From the IMG/VR virus record IMGVR_UViG_2603880214_000004, positions 1 to 64,000 of that record: 64,000 nucleotides of DNA; one strand, given 5' to 3'. A program made the translations under genes and the position numbers. Source of the DNA: a virus (taxonomy: Duplodnaviria; Caudoviricetes). The notes beneath the pieces are model-generated. The model worked only from the letters and a program-made list of their open reading frames with translations, searched no databases and was not told where the DNA came from. This document shows, in pieces, positions 1-9,897 of this stretch (positions are counted from its first letter, which is position 1; each line of letters begins with the position of its first letter).

Positions 1-417
1 TTAAGAGTTTATTTTCTTGCGGCGGAACACTATTAACGAACCGATAAAAATAAGTCCAGCACTAACCGCCATCATAGTTACAGTGTTAGACGCTGTATTT
101 GGTAATTTAGTGCCTTGTTTATTATTAGAATTAATTGTTGTTTGGTTATTGGTATTAGTCTGGTTTTGCGCAGTTGCGTTGGTATCTAATGGGTATTTAG
201 TATCTTCACATGGAGTCCCATCGTTATCTTTATCTAACTGGTGTGGATCATTCCCCACTCCATAGCCATTTTGATTCCAGAAATTTTGCGCGTCTTTTTG
301 ACTTTTAAAGTCACTACAGTTTTTAGTGTCATTAGCACTTTTCGCTGCATAAACAGAAGAATTATAACCAACAAACAAAAATACAAAAGAAAATAGTAAA
401 ACTACTAACTTTTTCAT
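1..417 (-). CDS. Excalibur Ca-binding cell-wall-anchored protein (LPNTA sortase motif)
   Basis: Signal peptide; NCSDF...LDKDNDGTPCE Excalibur motif; LPNTA + hydrophobic helix + RRKK tail. Confidence 0.85.
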   Translation of the reverse strand: MKKLVVLLFSFVFLFVGYNSSVYAAKSANDTKNCSDFKSQKDAQNFWNQNGYGVGNDPHQLDKDNDGTPCEDTKYPLDTNATAQNQTNTNNQTTINSNNKQGTKLPNTASNTVTMMAVSAGLIFIGSLIVFRRKKINS

Positions 418-602
418 GATATTTCCCCTCTCCCTGGTATGTATTTACAATGAAATATTTTACATATTTCGTTCTGATAATTCAATCATATAAACAAAAA
501 GTAAGATTTCTTAACTAAGCATAACAAAAACAGTTACAACTATTTTGTCATATTTTGTCGAAGGAAAATAAAAAGCACTCATAAGAGTGCTTATCCATAA
601 AT

Positions 603-1112
603 CTAATGTTTTTTACTAGATTTTTTATGTCCTTTATTTCGTTCACAAGCCACGCCATCGCCATCACGATCTAGATGCGAAGCATAAGCTGGGCTATCTG
701 GAGTTATATCATAGTAACCAGCATTATTTGCATCTGTACAGTTTGCAAAGTGAACTTTCTCTTGTTTAGGTGCAGCTTGTTGCTGAGGTGCTGTATTAGC
801 TGTAACTTTTTGTTGTTCCTGTTCTTTTGCTCGAGCTGCTTCTTGTTGTTTCTTTTGTTCTTCCTGTTGTCTTTGAGCCTCTTCTTGTTTGCGTTGTTCA
901 TCTAATCGCTTTTGTTCTTCAGCCTTTTTTTGTTCCTCAGCTTGCTTTTGCTCTTCAGCCTTTTTCTGTTCTTCTAACTTCTTTTGTTCCTCTTCTTTTT
1001 TAGTTTCTTGTTTTGGTTCTTCTGATGTACTTGCTTTATCATTTGAACCACAAGCAGCCAATCCCATAAGTAACACGCTGCATGCTAAAGCCATTAACAA
1101 TTTTTTACTCAT
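603..1112 (-). CDS. Lipoprotein with coiled-coil linker and Excalibur domain
   Basis: Lipobox LAAC; EEQKK repeats; FANCTDA...LDRDGDGVACE. Confidence 0.85.
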   Translation of the reverse strand: MSKKLLMALACSVLLMGLAACGSNDKASTSEEPKQETKKEEEQKKLEEQKKAEEQKQAEEQKKAEEQKRLDEQRKQEEAQRQQEEQKKQQEAARAKEQEQQKVTANTAPQQQAAPKQEKVHFANCTDANNAGYYDITPDSPAYASHLDRDGDGVACERNKGHKKSSKKH

Positions 1113-1241
1113 AATTTAATTCCTCCAAGATATATAAAATATAATATTTCTGGACAATCTTATCAAAACAAACATTATCATATTGTCATATTATGTCGAA
1201 GGAAAATAAAAAAGAGAGCCGAAGCCCTCTAAAATCATTTA

Positions 1242-1703
1242 TCAATAATTATCCCCACTAGATTCATAATAATATGAATCTGAATTACCACAGCAGATGC
1301 ATGTTGTTTGTTGGATAAATAATGGACTAAGTTCAGCGTTAGCTGTAGTGGCATTTGAGAAAGTAATACTTTGAACATCCTCAAATAAGAAAGTTTTTCT
1401 ATCTCCTGGTGTTAATGTAATTGTTTGTGGAGTTGTGGAATTAAATGTTCTAATAGTCAATGTAACAAACGCAGCAAATACAGGGCTAAAACTAAAGCGA
1501 ATTAGAGTTTTATTGTGATTAGTTGTAAAATTTTCAAATAGGGTAATTGTAGAACCTGGTGGAATTTCAAGACTTGTAGGGGTAGTTTCAGAGCCGAAAA
1601 TTGTAAATGTCTCTATGAAACAGTTATTGGAGTTTGAAGAATTACATGATTTTTCTTTTTTCTTGTAATATTTCTTTCCATCTTTGCAGAAATAATCTGC
1701 CAT
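1242..1703 (-). CDS. exsD: Exosporium protein D homologue
   Basis: MADYFCKDGKKYYK start, NNCFIET, FTTNHNKTLI and QQTTCICC match recalled B. cereus ExsD; SigK-like AC-N16-CATAATAT upstream. Confidence 0.75.
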   Translation of the reverse strand: MADYFCKDGKKYYKKKEKSCNSSNSNNCFIETFTIFGSETTPTSLEIPPGSTITLFENFTTNHNKTLIRFSFSPVFAAFVTLTIRTFNSTTPQTITLTPGDRKTFLFEDVQSITFSNATTANAELSPLFIQQTTCICCGNSDSYYYESSGDNY

Positions 1704-2003
1704 ATCTAATCATTCCTCTCAAAAAAGAGTTTAAGGTTGTCCCATATATATTATGAAGGTTATATAAAAAGGTTCTAGTTTAAAAAGAGTAAATAAAAAA
1801 GAGAGCCGAAGCCCCCCACTGGTTAATTTTTTTAAACTTGATCTCTAACAAGTAAAAAATGTTGCTTCTATAATGAAATCAAATCACAATATATCTTTGT
1901 TGTTACGCAACACTTTTACATACAACGCTGGTTGTTTAGCAAATTGTAGCCTTTGCTGATGTCCATTTTTATAAAAGGAAAACCCATCAAGAACTAGATG
2001 GGT

Positions 2004-2501
2004 TTAATTTTCATACCAAGTTCCATTCACTTTTACTCGAACACGTTCTTGTTTCTTACATGACGTTAGTTTGTTATAGCTAAAATTACAAACTATATTG
2101 TAGATGCTGTCATAATTCCAAAAATACGCAGGGTGATTTTTTTTATAGTCTTTCCATTCATTACTATAGGTACCTTGGTTTTTTAAATCACCTTCTGTAC
2201 CGAACGCTGCTGCAACTTCTTCGTAGGACATACCTTGGCGTAAGCTGTTGAAAGCGTCAGTCATACGTTTCTGCTTAGCTTCTGCATTACGATTCTGTTC
2301 TTCTAGCTCTTCTAGTCTTTTTTCTTCTTTCGCTAGCTGTTTGGTTTGTTCCTTTTCCAGTTCTACTAGTTCTTTTTCGTAGTCGGCATGGACTTTTTCT
2401 CGTTCCTTTTCATATTTGTAATCTAAATACTTATTCCATCCCATAATCACAAGAGGGATTAAAATTAAACTACATATTATAACAATCAGCTTCTGCTTCA
2501 A
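2004..2501 (-). CDS. Membrane-anchored protein with coiled coil and BLIP/SmpA-like C-terminus
   Basis: N-terminal TM; LRQGMSYEEVAAAFG motif. Confidence 0.6.
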   Translation of the reverse strand: MKQKLIVIICSLILIPLVIMGWNKYLDYKYEKEREKVHADYEKELVELEKEQTKQLAKEEKRLEELEEQNRNAEAKQKRMTDAFNSLRQGMSYEEVAAAFGTEGDLKNQGTYSNEWKDYKKNHPAYFWNYDSIYNIVCNFSYNKLTSCKKQERVRVKVNGTWYEN

Positions 2502-3089
2502 ATCCCCATCCCCTTTAGTAACTATTTATATACATTTGATTATCCGATAAACCAGAATTCTTATTCGAAGAGGTTGAATTATCCGTAACTATCACTTCTT
2601 TCTTTTATGGTTGAGGACTTACCACTTAAAACAATGTAAGATTTCCGAATCATCATAACAGAATTGGTTAAACCTATTTCGTCATATTATGTCGAAGAGT
2701 AATAATAAAGACACCTTAAGGTGGTTTTCTTCAACTTGTAAATCCCATTTTTCTTTTGTTACTGTTTTCATATTAAATTCTTTATTCAATCATGTTAAAA
2801 ATGGACTGAATACCTTTTTAAAGGGTTCTTTATAGAACTCATCAATGTAGTCAATGTTTAATCAGTTAATATATGATTAGATTTTTAGATTAAATATTAT
2901 TAACTATTAATCAATATATATTATTTTAAAATTATATGTATATAAAGAATTTAATCTATCAGAATAACCTTATATCATCCAATTATTCTTATAAAGAAAA
3001 TTTATAATTATTTAAAAATAACAAAATAGTAAAAAAATGTATTAGTTAAATTAAATTGTAAATACTGTTGTGGAAGGAGGTGAAAGAAG

Positions 3090-3314
3090 ATGAATGGAAG
3101 AGTTGTTGGAAAACTAAGTATCAATGGAAAAGGGTTACTTTTAGTTGAAGGTGACCTACAAACTCAGGCACGTTTTTTTGGTATTCCAGGTACTGAAAGT
3201 ATTCCTACGGCACCAATTACTGGTGCAATTGGTGGTGTAATTGGTGGACCTGTAGGAGCGGCAATTGGAACAACCGCTGGGGAGATTATTGATGCTAATA
3301 TTAAACTTTTTTGA
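3090..3314 (+). CDS. Small glycine-zipper peptide (74 aa)
   Basis: Strong RBS AAGGAGGTG; GAIGGVIGGPVGAAIG zipper. Confidence 0.8.
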   Translation: MNGRVVGKLSINGKGLLLVEGDLQTQARFFGIPGTESIPTAPITGAIGGVIGGPVGAAIGTTAGEIIDANIKLF

Positions 3315-3471
3315 TGATGTTAAGTTCAGAGTAAGGCTATTGTAATCGAAGAATAAGCTACAAATAGTTGGATGTCTATAGAAGCTCTATAGATATAATT
3401 TAAGTGTTTTTTTATAAGTGGACAGAAATGATTTTCTGTCCACTTTATAAATTAGTAATAGGAGGAGTAAA

Positions 3472-4344
3472 GTGAAGAAATTAGCGTTAATTACAGGTAT
3501 AAATTATCGAGGCAGTAAATATGAGTTAGGGGGCTGTATAAACGATGCATCAATGATCTTAAATACGCTAGTTAAAAAATTTGATTTTAATCAGTCTAAT
3601 ATACAATTACTTATTGAGGAAGTAGCGACTAAAAAAAATATTCTCAAAGGACTGGAATGGCTAGTTAATCAACTAGAACCTGGGGATATTGGATTATTTA
3701 CATACTCGGGACACGGAACACAGACAGCGGATTTGCCACCAATTGATGAGGAAGATATGTTGGATGAAGCTATTGTACCCATCGATGCACTTGCTGACCA
3801 ATCTAATCTTATTAGAGATGATGAAATTAATACAATACTATCTAACATACCTAAAGGTGTAAAATTTGTGGTTATTTTGGATAGTTGTCATTCTGGAACT
3901 GGTACAAGGAACTTTGGTAATTATTATTCTATTCCGCAAGCGCGAACTATTGAGGATGTAAAAGCAATAATTAATAGTTTTAATAACGTTGAAAGAAGAG
4001 ATTTATCAAGTATTAAACCTCGTTACATTCCTCCAACCCAAACCATTCAAGACATAAAAATGATTATGAGTGGTTTTGAACCTATTAGAAAAGACTTTTC
4101 ATCTTTTTCAGGACCGAATCATATTTTATTAGCAGGATGTAAAGCAGATCAAGTATCATATGATGAAGGTACATATGGCCGTTTTACTAAAGCATTAACT
4201 GACGTGATGGGAAGCCAAAGTGCAATCACTTATAAAGAGTTATATTTCTTAGTAAGAAATATGGTTTTAGAGCGCTCAAATTACGCTCAAGAACCTCAAT
4301 TAGAGGGACCTGATGATTTAATAAACTTACAAATTTTCGAATAG
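3472..4344 (+). CDS. Caspase-family (peptidase C14, metacaspase-like) protease
   Basis: GCINDA, YSGHG (catalytic His), LDSCHSG (catalytic Cys), QEPQLEG. Confidence 0.92.
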   Translation: MKKLALITGINYRGSKYELGGCINDASMILNTLVKKFDFNQSNIQLLIEEVATKKNILKGLEWLVNQLEPGDIGLFTYSGHGTQTADLPPIDEEDMLDEAIVPIDALADQSNLIRDDEINTILSNIPKGVKFVVILDSCHSGTGTRNFGNYYSIPQARTIEDVKAIINSFNNVERRDLSSIKPRYIPPTQTIQDIKMIMSGFEPIRKDFSSFSGPNHILLAGCKADQVSYDEGTYGRFTKALTDVMGSQSAITYKELYFLVRNMVLERSNYAQEPQLEGPDDLINLQIFE

Positions 4345-4691
4345 TTGTATTTTAATGTATGTTCATTTTATGTGCATACATAAATAATAAAAAGATGGTT
4401 TGTATTAAAGCCATTTATCTAAAAAAGCTCTCAATTAGAGAGCTTTTCTCTTTAGTTAAATATTAATCATAACGAACTTATTCCATCATCTAGTATAGAC
4501 TATGATACATTGGAGGAATGCCAAATCCCAAAGATGGCTCATAAAATTAATTATTTAAAGATTACTTAAAGCTAATAAAACCCCATTTACGTATGATAGG
4601 GTTCACCGCGCCACCCTCAACAGAAAACCGTTAATTTAAAAGAGTATATAGACCGTCTCTAATATGATTTTATACTTATTATAAATTATTT

Positions 4692-5990
4692 CTATTCCAC
4701 CTTATTTAATAAACTCTTACCTCTGTTCCAATGATTATCTAAATATGTATTCCATAGATCAATATGTCTTATTGAATCCTGTTTAACAAAACGATTGTTA
4801 ACTAGCCTTATGAAATAAGGAGATCTACATAATAATTTTGATACCGCTACTTTAAAATTTATATATTGTTTTGTGTTAGGTCCTGATGAAAAATCTTCAT
4901 TATAATCCTTATACAGCTCTATCCCCGCATGTACAAATTCTGATCTCCAAGTATAAATTTGACTTATTAATGAACTAAATTCATTCTTATCCATGACATC
5001 CCAATTAACCAAACAAGGGAATAATACACGTAATCTGTCTCGCTTAGAATCTTTATGTTTTAATAGAATATTTTCACTAGCAATTGTTAACAACAATAAA
5101 GGTGTTCCTAATCCTTGAGTTATATCATTACTATTTTCAACCTCTATAGCTCTTTTAAAAAAATTTATACCGTTCAAAAATTTTTGGGAGACCGGGTTAT
5201 GAGTTTTCATAACCATTTCTTGATATATTAGATCCAATAACTTTATATATTTCTTTTCTAGGAGCCAGTCTAAGTTTATAAAACAATTTGCATTAAAATT
5301 AAGCGGTGCGTTGTTGAATTCATATTCTGTAGTACCACATGTTAAGAGAATATTAATATGTTCATTTTGATGTATATTACTGAAAAGAGGTAATTTGTAT
5401 TTAGGATACACATTCCCCCAGTATATAGCATGTAAAATAGAATTTGTATAAAGTCCTATATGTCTTGCCCTATAAAAAACATAACTATATTGATGTTTTA
5501 CTCTAATAGCTACTAATGGATGTTGTAAAAAAGAAGATGATTTTCTCTCAATATGCTGCATTCTTGTTTTCGTTTCATTCAATGACACTTTAAATATTTT
5601 TTTTAATGTATTTAATTTTTCATTTCTATCCCCTGAAATGAAAATAAAATCTTTATACTTTACTGTTTTTGAAAGAAATGCTCCTTTTAAAGGGAAAATG
5701 ATCCATCTTTCTTTGATATTTATATAAAGATTTTCATATATATATTCTAAAAATTGATCTGCATCTTGATCACTATAGTTTGTTTGCTGTTGTATGTGTA
5801 TATCTTCGAGATACGAATTAATTATACTTTCTGCTATTTCAACTTCAAAAATAGCACTAAATCTAGGGTGTTCATATATTTTTTCTAATAAAGTTTTCAA
5901 GGGCTTATCACTATGCATATCTACATCCCATTTGTTATTCCTATTACAGTAATATAATGCAGCCTTAGCAAATCGTCTTAATGATTCCAA
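4692..5990 (-). CDS. HEPN-domain (ApeA-like) putative antiphage RNase
   Basis: C-terminal IASENIL...IYTWRSEFVHAG with RxxxxH motif; low GC; stand-alone gene. Confidence 0.7.
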   Translation of the reverse strand: MESLRRFAKAALYYCNRNNKWDVDMHSDKPLKTLLEKIYEHPRFSAIFEVEIAESIINSYLEDIHIQQQTNYSDQDADQFLEYIYENLYINIKERWIIFPLKGAFLSKTVKYKDFIFISGDRNEKLNTLKKIFKVSLNETKTRMQHIERKSSSFLQHPLVAIRVKHQYSYVFYRARHIGLYTNSILHAIYWGNVYPKYKLPLFSNIHQNEHINILLTCGTTEYEFNNAPLNFNANCFINLDWLLEKKYIKLLDLIYQEMVMKTHNPVSQKFLNGINFFKRAIEVENSNDITQGLGTPLLLLTIASENILLKHKDSKRDRLRVLFPCLVNWDVMDKNEFSSLISQIYTWRSEFVHAGIELYKDYNEDFSSGPNTKQYINFKVAVSKLLCRSPYFIRLVNNRFVKQDSIRHIDLWNTYLDNHWNRGKSLLNKVE

Positions 5991-6649
5991 CGATATACAC
6001 TCCTTTTTATATTGTTTTTAATGTATCAATATTCAAATTATATATTACCTGTAGAAATAAAGTTATTGAAAATGAATTTATATTTTAAAATTCAGCACTA
6101 AAATAGGACTTATAAAGGAAGGTAAAATGATAGGTCTAAAAACAAGAAGTACCTCAAAATGTGATTATGATTGTGTTAAATCATAAAAAAAGACACCCTA
6201 AGGTGCCTTTCTCCGACTTGAACCACTTTAATTTTATATAAATATACACGTATTACCCCTTTGTTATACGTGTAAACACATCCTATAAAACAGAATCGTC
6301 TATATACACCAGATTGTTAGTTCACAAAATATCAAGAGATTTGAGATCAATATGTTACGTCTTTTAAAAGAATCTGCTTTATAGAATGTATCCACAATTT
6401 ATATTTTACTACATGTAATATTTATTTGGTGTATTTTTTATGAATATGTATAATTGCATAAAGTATATGAAAAAATGAGAGTATACTTTGGTATTGTGTA
6501 ATAAAGATATAGCCCACCTACGGAAATAGGTGGGCTTTTTTATATTGGTGAGATTGTACTAGTATGATAGAATAAGAACAACTGTATATTGTAGGGTGGG
6601 CGGTTGCGACTGTCCTTTTCTCATTTAATGAGGAAAGGAGGTGTAGCCA

Positions 6650-6805
6650 ATGGATCTATTTCTTCAAATAGTATTAGAGGTAATTAAGACGATCGTACGA
6701 GAACTTGTAGTTTTCGTGGTTAAGAAAATTACTTCTAAAAATAAAAAGAAGAAGACCACCCGTCAGCCTCGCAAGCGTGGGAAGTCTTCTAAATCTAAAA
6801 AGTAG
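6650..6805 (+). CDS. Putative type I toxin peptide MDLFLQIVLEVIKTIVRELVVFVVKKITSKNKKKKTTRQPRKRGKSSKSKK (not in ORF track)
   Basis: RBS AAAGGAGGTG held in a hairpin; hydrophobic/amphipathic N-terminus plus basic tail. Confidence 0.7.
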   Translation: MDLFLQIVLEVIKTIVRELVVFVVKKITSKNKKKKTTRQPRKRGKSSKSKK

Positions 6806-6906
6806 TATTTAGTTGCAACCACTCACCTTGCGGTAGCAGTTACTTGAAGAGATGTTGACGCATCTCTTCTTTTATTATATACATACTGTATTACTGTAAT
6901 ACTAAT
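6790..6906 (-). ncRNA. Putative antisense antitoxin RNA (ends approximate)
   Basis: Convergent promoter TTGATT-N16-TATAAT (6940-6913) reading into the toxin 3' UTR. Confidence 0.45.
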
Positions 6907-7149
6907 ACAGTAATTATATCAAATGCACATAAAAAATCAATGCGTACGTAATGGATATAATGGACAAAAGAAAAGACACTCTAAGGTGCCTTCCTCTACT
7001 CAATCTACATAAGACTTTTCTTACAGCACAAATATATCTGGGTTCCACCCAATTTATATTTTACTACATCTCTTTATAAAGTTTAATTAATTTAATGTAA
7101 ATTTTATAAAGAAAAGACACCCAAATAAGAGTGTCTTTTCCCATAGTTT

Positions 7150-7260
7150 TTAGCAGAAACAGCTGCATCCGATAATGATTAATAGAATAAATAATACAAC
7201 TAATAAAGCGAATCCTCCAGCAAAACCGCAGCCTTCGCCGCAACTACCACCATATCCCAT
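7150..7260 (-). CDS. YjcZ-family sporulation peptide MGYGGSCGEGCGFAGGFALLVVLFILLIIIGCSCFC (not in ORF track)
   Basis: GFALLVVLFILLIIIG signature; RBS AAGGAGG. Confidence 0.85.
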   Translation of the reverse strand: MGYGGSCGEGCGFAGGFALLVVLFILLIIIGCSCFC

Positions 7261-7550
7261 AACAATAGTGCCTCCTTTAGATTAGAGGGTAAAACTAGGG
7301 TTCATTCCATGAATTTTAATGGGTTCACTTTACCTTATGTTTTTAAGAAATTAATTGAGCAGGTCCTTTTGAAAATAGAGAAAAGACACCCTAAGGCGCC
7401 TTCCTCTGACTTGAACCATCTTAATTTTAATAATATGTATTGGAATACCATCCAAATATTGTTTTACCATGTTAATTAATATCGGCCATTAAGAAATAGG
7501 GTTTAAGTCTATATTTTGTGGTCAAGCTTTTTAATAGAAATTTATGTTAC

Positions 7551-8339
7551 TTAATTGTTGAAGTATTCATCTTGAATACGTTGAGAATATATCGCCCCTA
7601 CTTCTTCAAAAATTGATAATAACTCATCATATGTATTCTCATCATCACCAATTTTGTTCCATAATTCAGCTCCAATAAGTACACATGGGTCATAATCCAT
7701 CTCAAAAAGCGCAAAAGGAAGTTTATGTGATTGACTACGATACAAATTTCCTTCTCCCGCTGGATTATAAGGTAATCCAAAATAAGCTTCATATCCTTGA
7801 TCGCTTGCAATTAACCTGAACATATTTTTCTTGGCAAGTTCAGTTTGATCTAAATTAGGTTTTACAGTTTTGAAACTATAGAATTCTTCTGTACCATCTG
7901 TTCTCCGAATATATAAATCACTTTTTACTAAGAAATTTTGTGTTATTGGGTTATTTAAAGCTAAAATCTCTGTAACTTCCTCTTCCCAATTAGGTAAACG
8001 ATTCCTAGAACGTTGTTCTCTTAAGATGGTATCAATTTGTTCAGAACGCCATGTATTTATGGTAACCTCTTGATCATATTGATTTTCTGCAAAAGCGCCA
8101 GCTCCTTCTGCAATGATTTTTCCTATTTGTTCAAAAATGCGTTGCCCCAATGTTGTAACAAAACTTCTTTCAAATTTAGATCCTTTCCAGACTTGACTTG
8201 GGACTAGATGAAAACCAAAAGGGTTTTTTGAAGCAATCTCAGTTTGGTTGAATGGTTCTTTTACAGTTCTTTTATGAATTAGTTTCTCCATAACTTCTGC
8301 TAAATGGTTTTTAATCTGCTGCTTCGTATGTTCATTCAT
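7551..8339 (-). CDS. Type II restriction endonuclease, TdeIII-like
   Basis: FERSFVTTLG, SDLYI..FKTVKPNLDQ, LPYNP; downstream of a C5 MTase. Confidence 0.75.
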   Translation of the reverse strand: MNEHTKQQIKNHLAEVMEKLIHKRTVKEPFNQTEIASKNPFGFHLVPSQVWKGSKFERSFVTTLGQRIFEQIGKIIAEGAGAFAENQYDQEVTINTWRSEQIDTILREQRSRNRLPNWEEEVTEILALNNPITQNFLVKSDLYIRRTDGTEEFYSFKTVKPNLDQTELAKKNMFRLIASDQGYEAYFGLPYNPAGEGNLYRSQSHKLPFALFEMDYDPCVLIGAELWNKIGDDENTYDELLSIFEEVGAIYSQRIQDEYFNN

Positions 8340-8407
8340 TAGATTTTGCTCCTTTAGGATAAATTTACCTACAAGGTCTATTATAAAATAAAAAACATAG
8401 GAAGGAC

Positions 8408-9502
8408 CTATGTTTTTAAAGTTTTTAAGATTGCTCGTCCCATAACTTCTGCTAAACGGACAGGGACAGCATTACCTATTTGAGTATATTGCTTGCCAAG
8501 TGTACCTTTAACTATATAATCTTTTGGAAATTCTTGAATTGCTAAATATTCTTGTATACTTAATGCACGATCTTCATAAGGATGTCCTAAATTCGTACTT
8601 TTTTGTGTTGGTGAAGTCAATACTGTTGGAGATGGCTTATTTACATTTACTCGACGAAAGAAACCTACTTTACCACCACCACTTGTGTAAGCTCCCCCCA
8701 TAGCTTCTTTTACAACATCTTCAGGGAGATCCCGCCAATTTCCACCACCCAGAGGAATCATTTGCATATACTTTAATCTATCCTCAGAATACTCTTGATA
8801 ATTATGTTCTTCAACTTTTAAATTTTCTAACACTTGCCCAACCGTTCTCCAAGGTAAAAGACCATTATTTCCATTCTTATTATGAGTCGGTGTTGGAAAA
8901 ATAAAATCTCGATTTAAATCTTCCCTAATTCCAACAATAAAAACACGTTCGCGAGCCTGTGGAACGCCAAAATCTGCGGAATTTACTAAAGTTGGTGTCG
9001 CGATGTTGTATCCTTCAAATCGGTTAAGTAAAAAGCGCAACGCACTGCCCTTAGTTTCTTCCTCTGTTAAAGGTGGAAAACCTTCTCCTTTTTCTTTTAA
9101 CGGGCGATTTTTTAATGGTGAAGATAAAAGCCCTTTTACATTTTCAATTAAAAATGCTTTAGGTTGTAATTCATGTATTAAATCAACAAATTTTAACATT
9201 GCTTGTCCTCTAGGATCATTAAAAGCCTGTCTTTTCCCGGCTGTACTAAAACTTTGACACGGGCTTCCACCAAATAATAAATCAATTTCTTCACTTTCTC
9301 CGAGGTTAGCATCTTCTCTAACACGAGAAGCATTATATTCCATTATATCCCCTTGTTTAATATTCCAATTAGGATTGTTAATTTTTAACGTTTCACAATA
9401 AACAGTTTCAAGTTCAACTGATAATTTAACATCAAAACCAGCACGATGAATCCCTAAATCTAATCCACCAGCACCAGCAAAAAATGATATTGCTATTGCC
9501 AT
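8408..9502 (-). CDS. DNA (cytosine-5) methyltransferase of the R-M system
   Basis: FAGAGG, GSPCQSFS, ENV, QARER, QIGNAV motifs. Confidence 0.95.
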   Translation of the reverse strand: MAIAISFFAGAGGLDLGIHRAGFDVKLSVELETVYCETLKINNPNWNIKQGDIMEYNASRVREDANLGESEEIDLLFGGSPCQSFSTAGKRQAFNDPRGQAMLKFVDLIHELQPKAFLIENVKGLLSSPLKNRPLKEKGEGFPPLTEEETKGSALRFLLNRFEGYNIATPTLVNSADFGVPQARERVFIVGIREDLNRDFIFPTPTHNKNGNNGLLPWRTVGQVLENLKVEEHNYQEYSEDRLKYMQMIPLGGGNWRDLPEDVVKEAMGGAYTSGGGKVGFFRRVNVNKPSPTVLTSPTQKSTNLGHPYEDRALSIQEYLAIQEFPKDYIVKGTLGKQYTQIGNAVPVRLAEVMGRAILKTLKT

Positions 9503-9897
9503 AATAAACACCTCTTAATAATCAATAAAAATACTATAACATGTTTTAATTTATCGGTCCACTAGTTTATTTATATGGATAATTTTAACACTTTAAATTT
9601 AATAACAATCTTTTTATTAAAGTATTATTCAAAATTAAAAACATTATCATCATAAAGGAAAAAAGAAGAAGTATTGTAATATGATAACTATTCATATGTT
9701 TATTTACTTCTTATAAGATAATGTTATCATTCATTCTTAAGCTTTTTTCCATTTAGATGTTATTTCTTTTTTGAAAAGGATGTTATACCTTTTTATAACT
9801 ACTTAATACGTATTAAAAGGTATAATGTGCACATTACCTAAAAAAACACCCAAAGGTGCCCTGAATCATGTTATTTTGAAATAATTATATTATTTAT

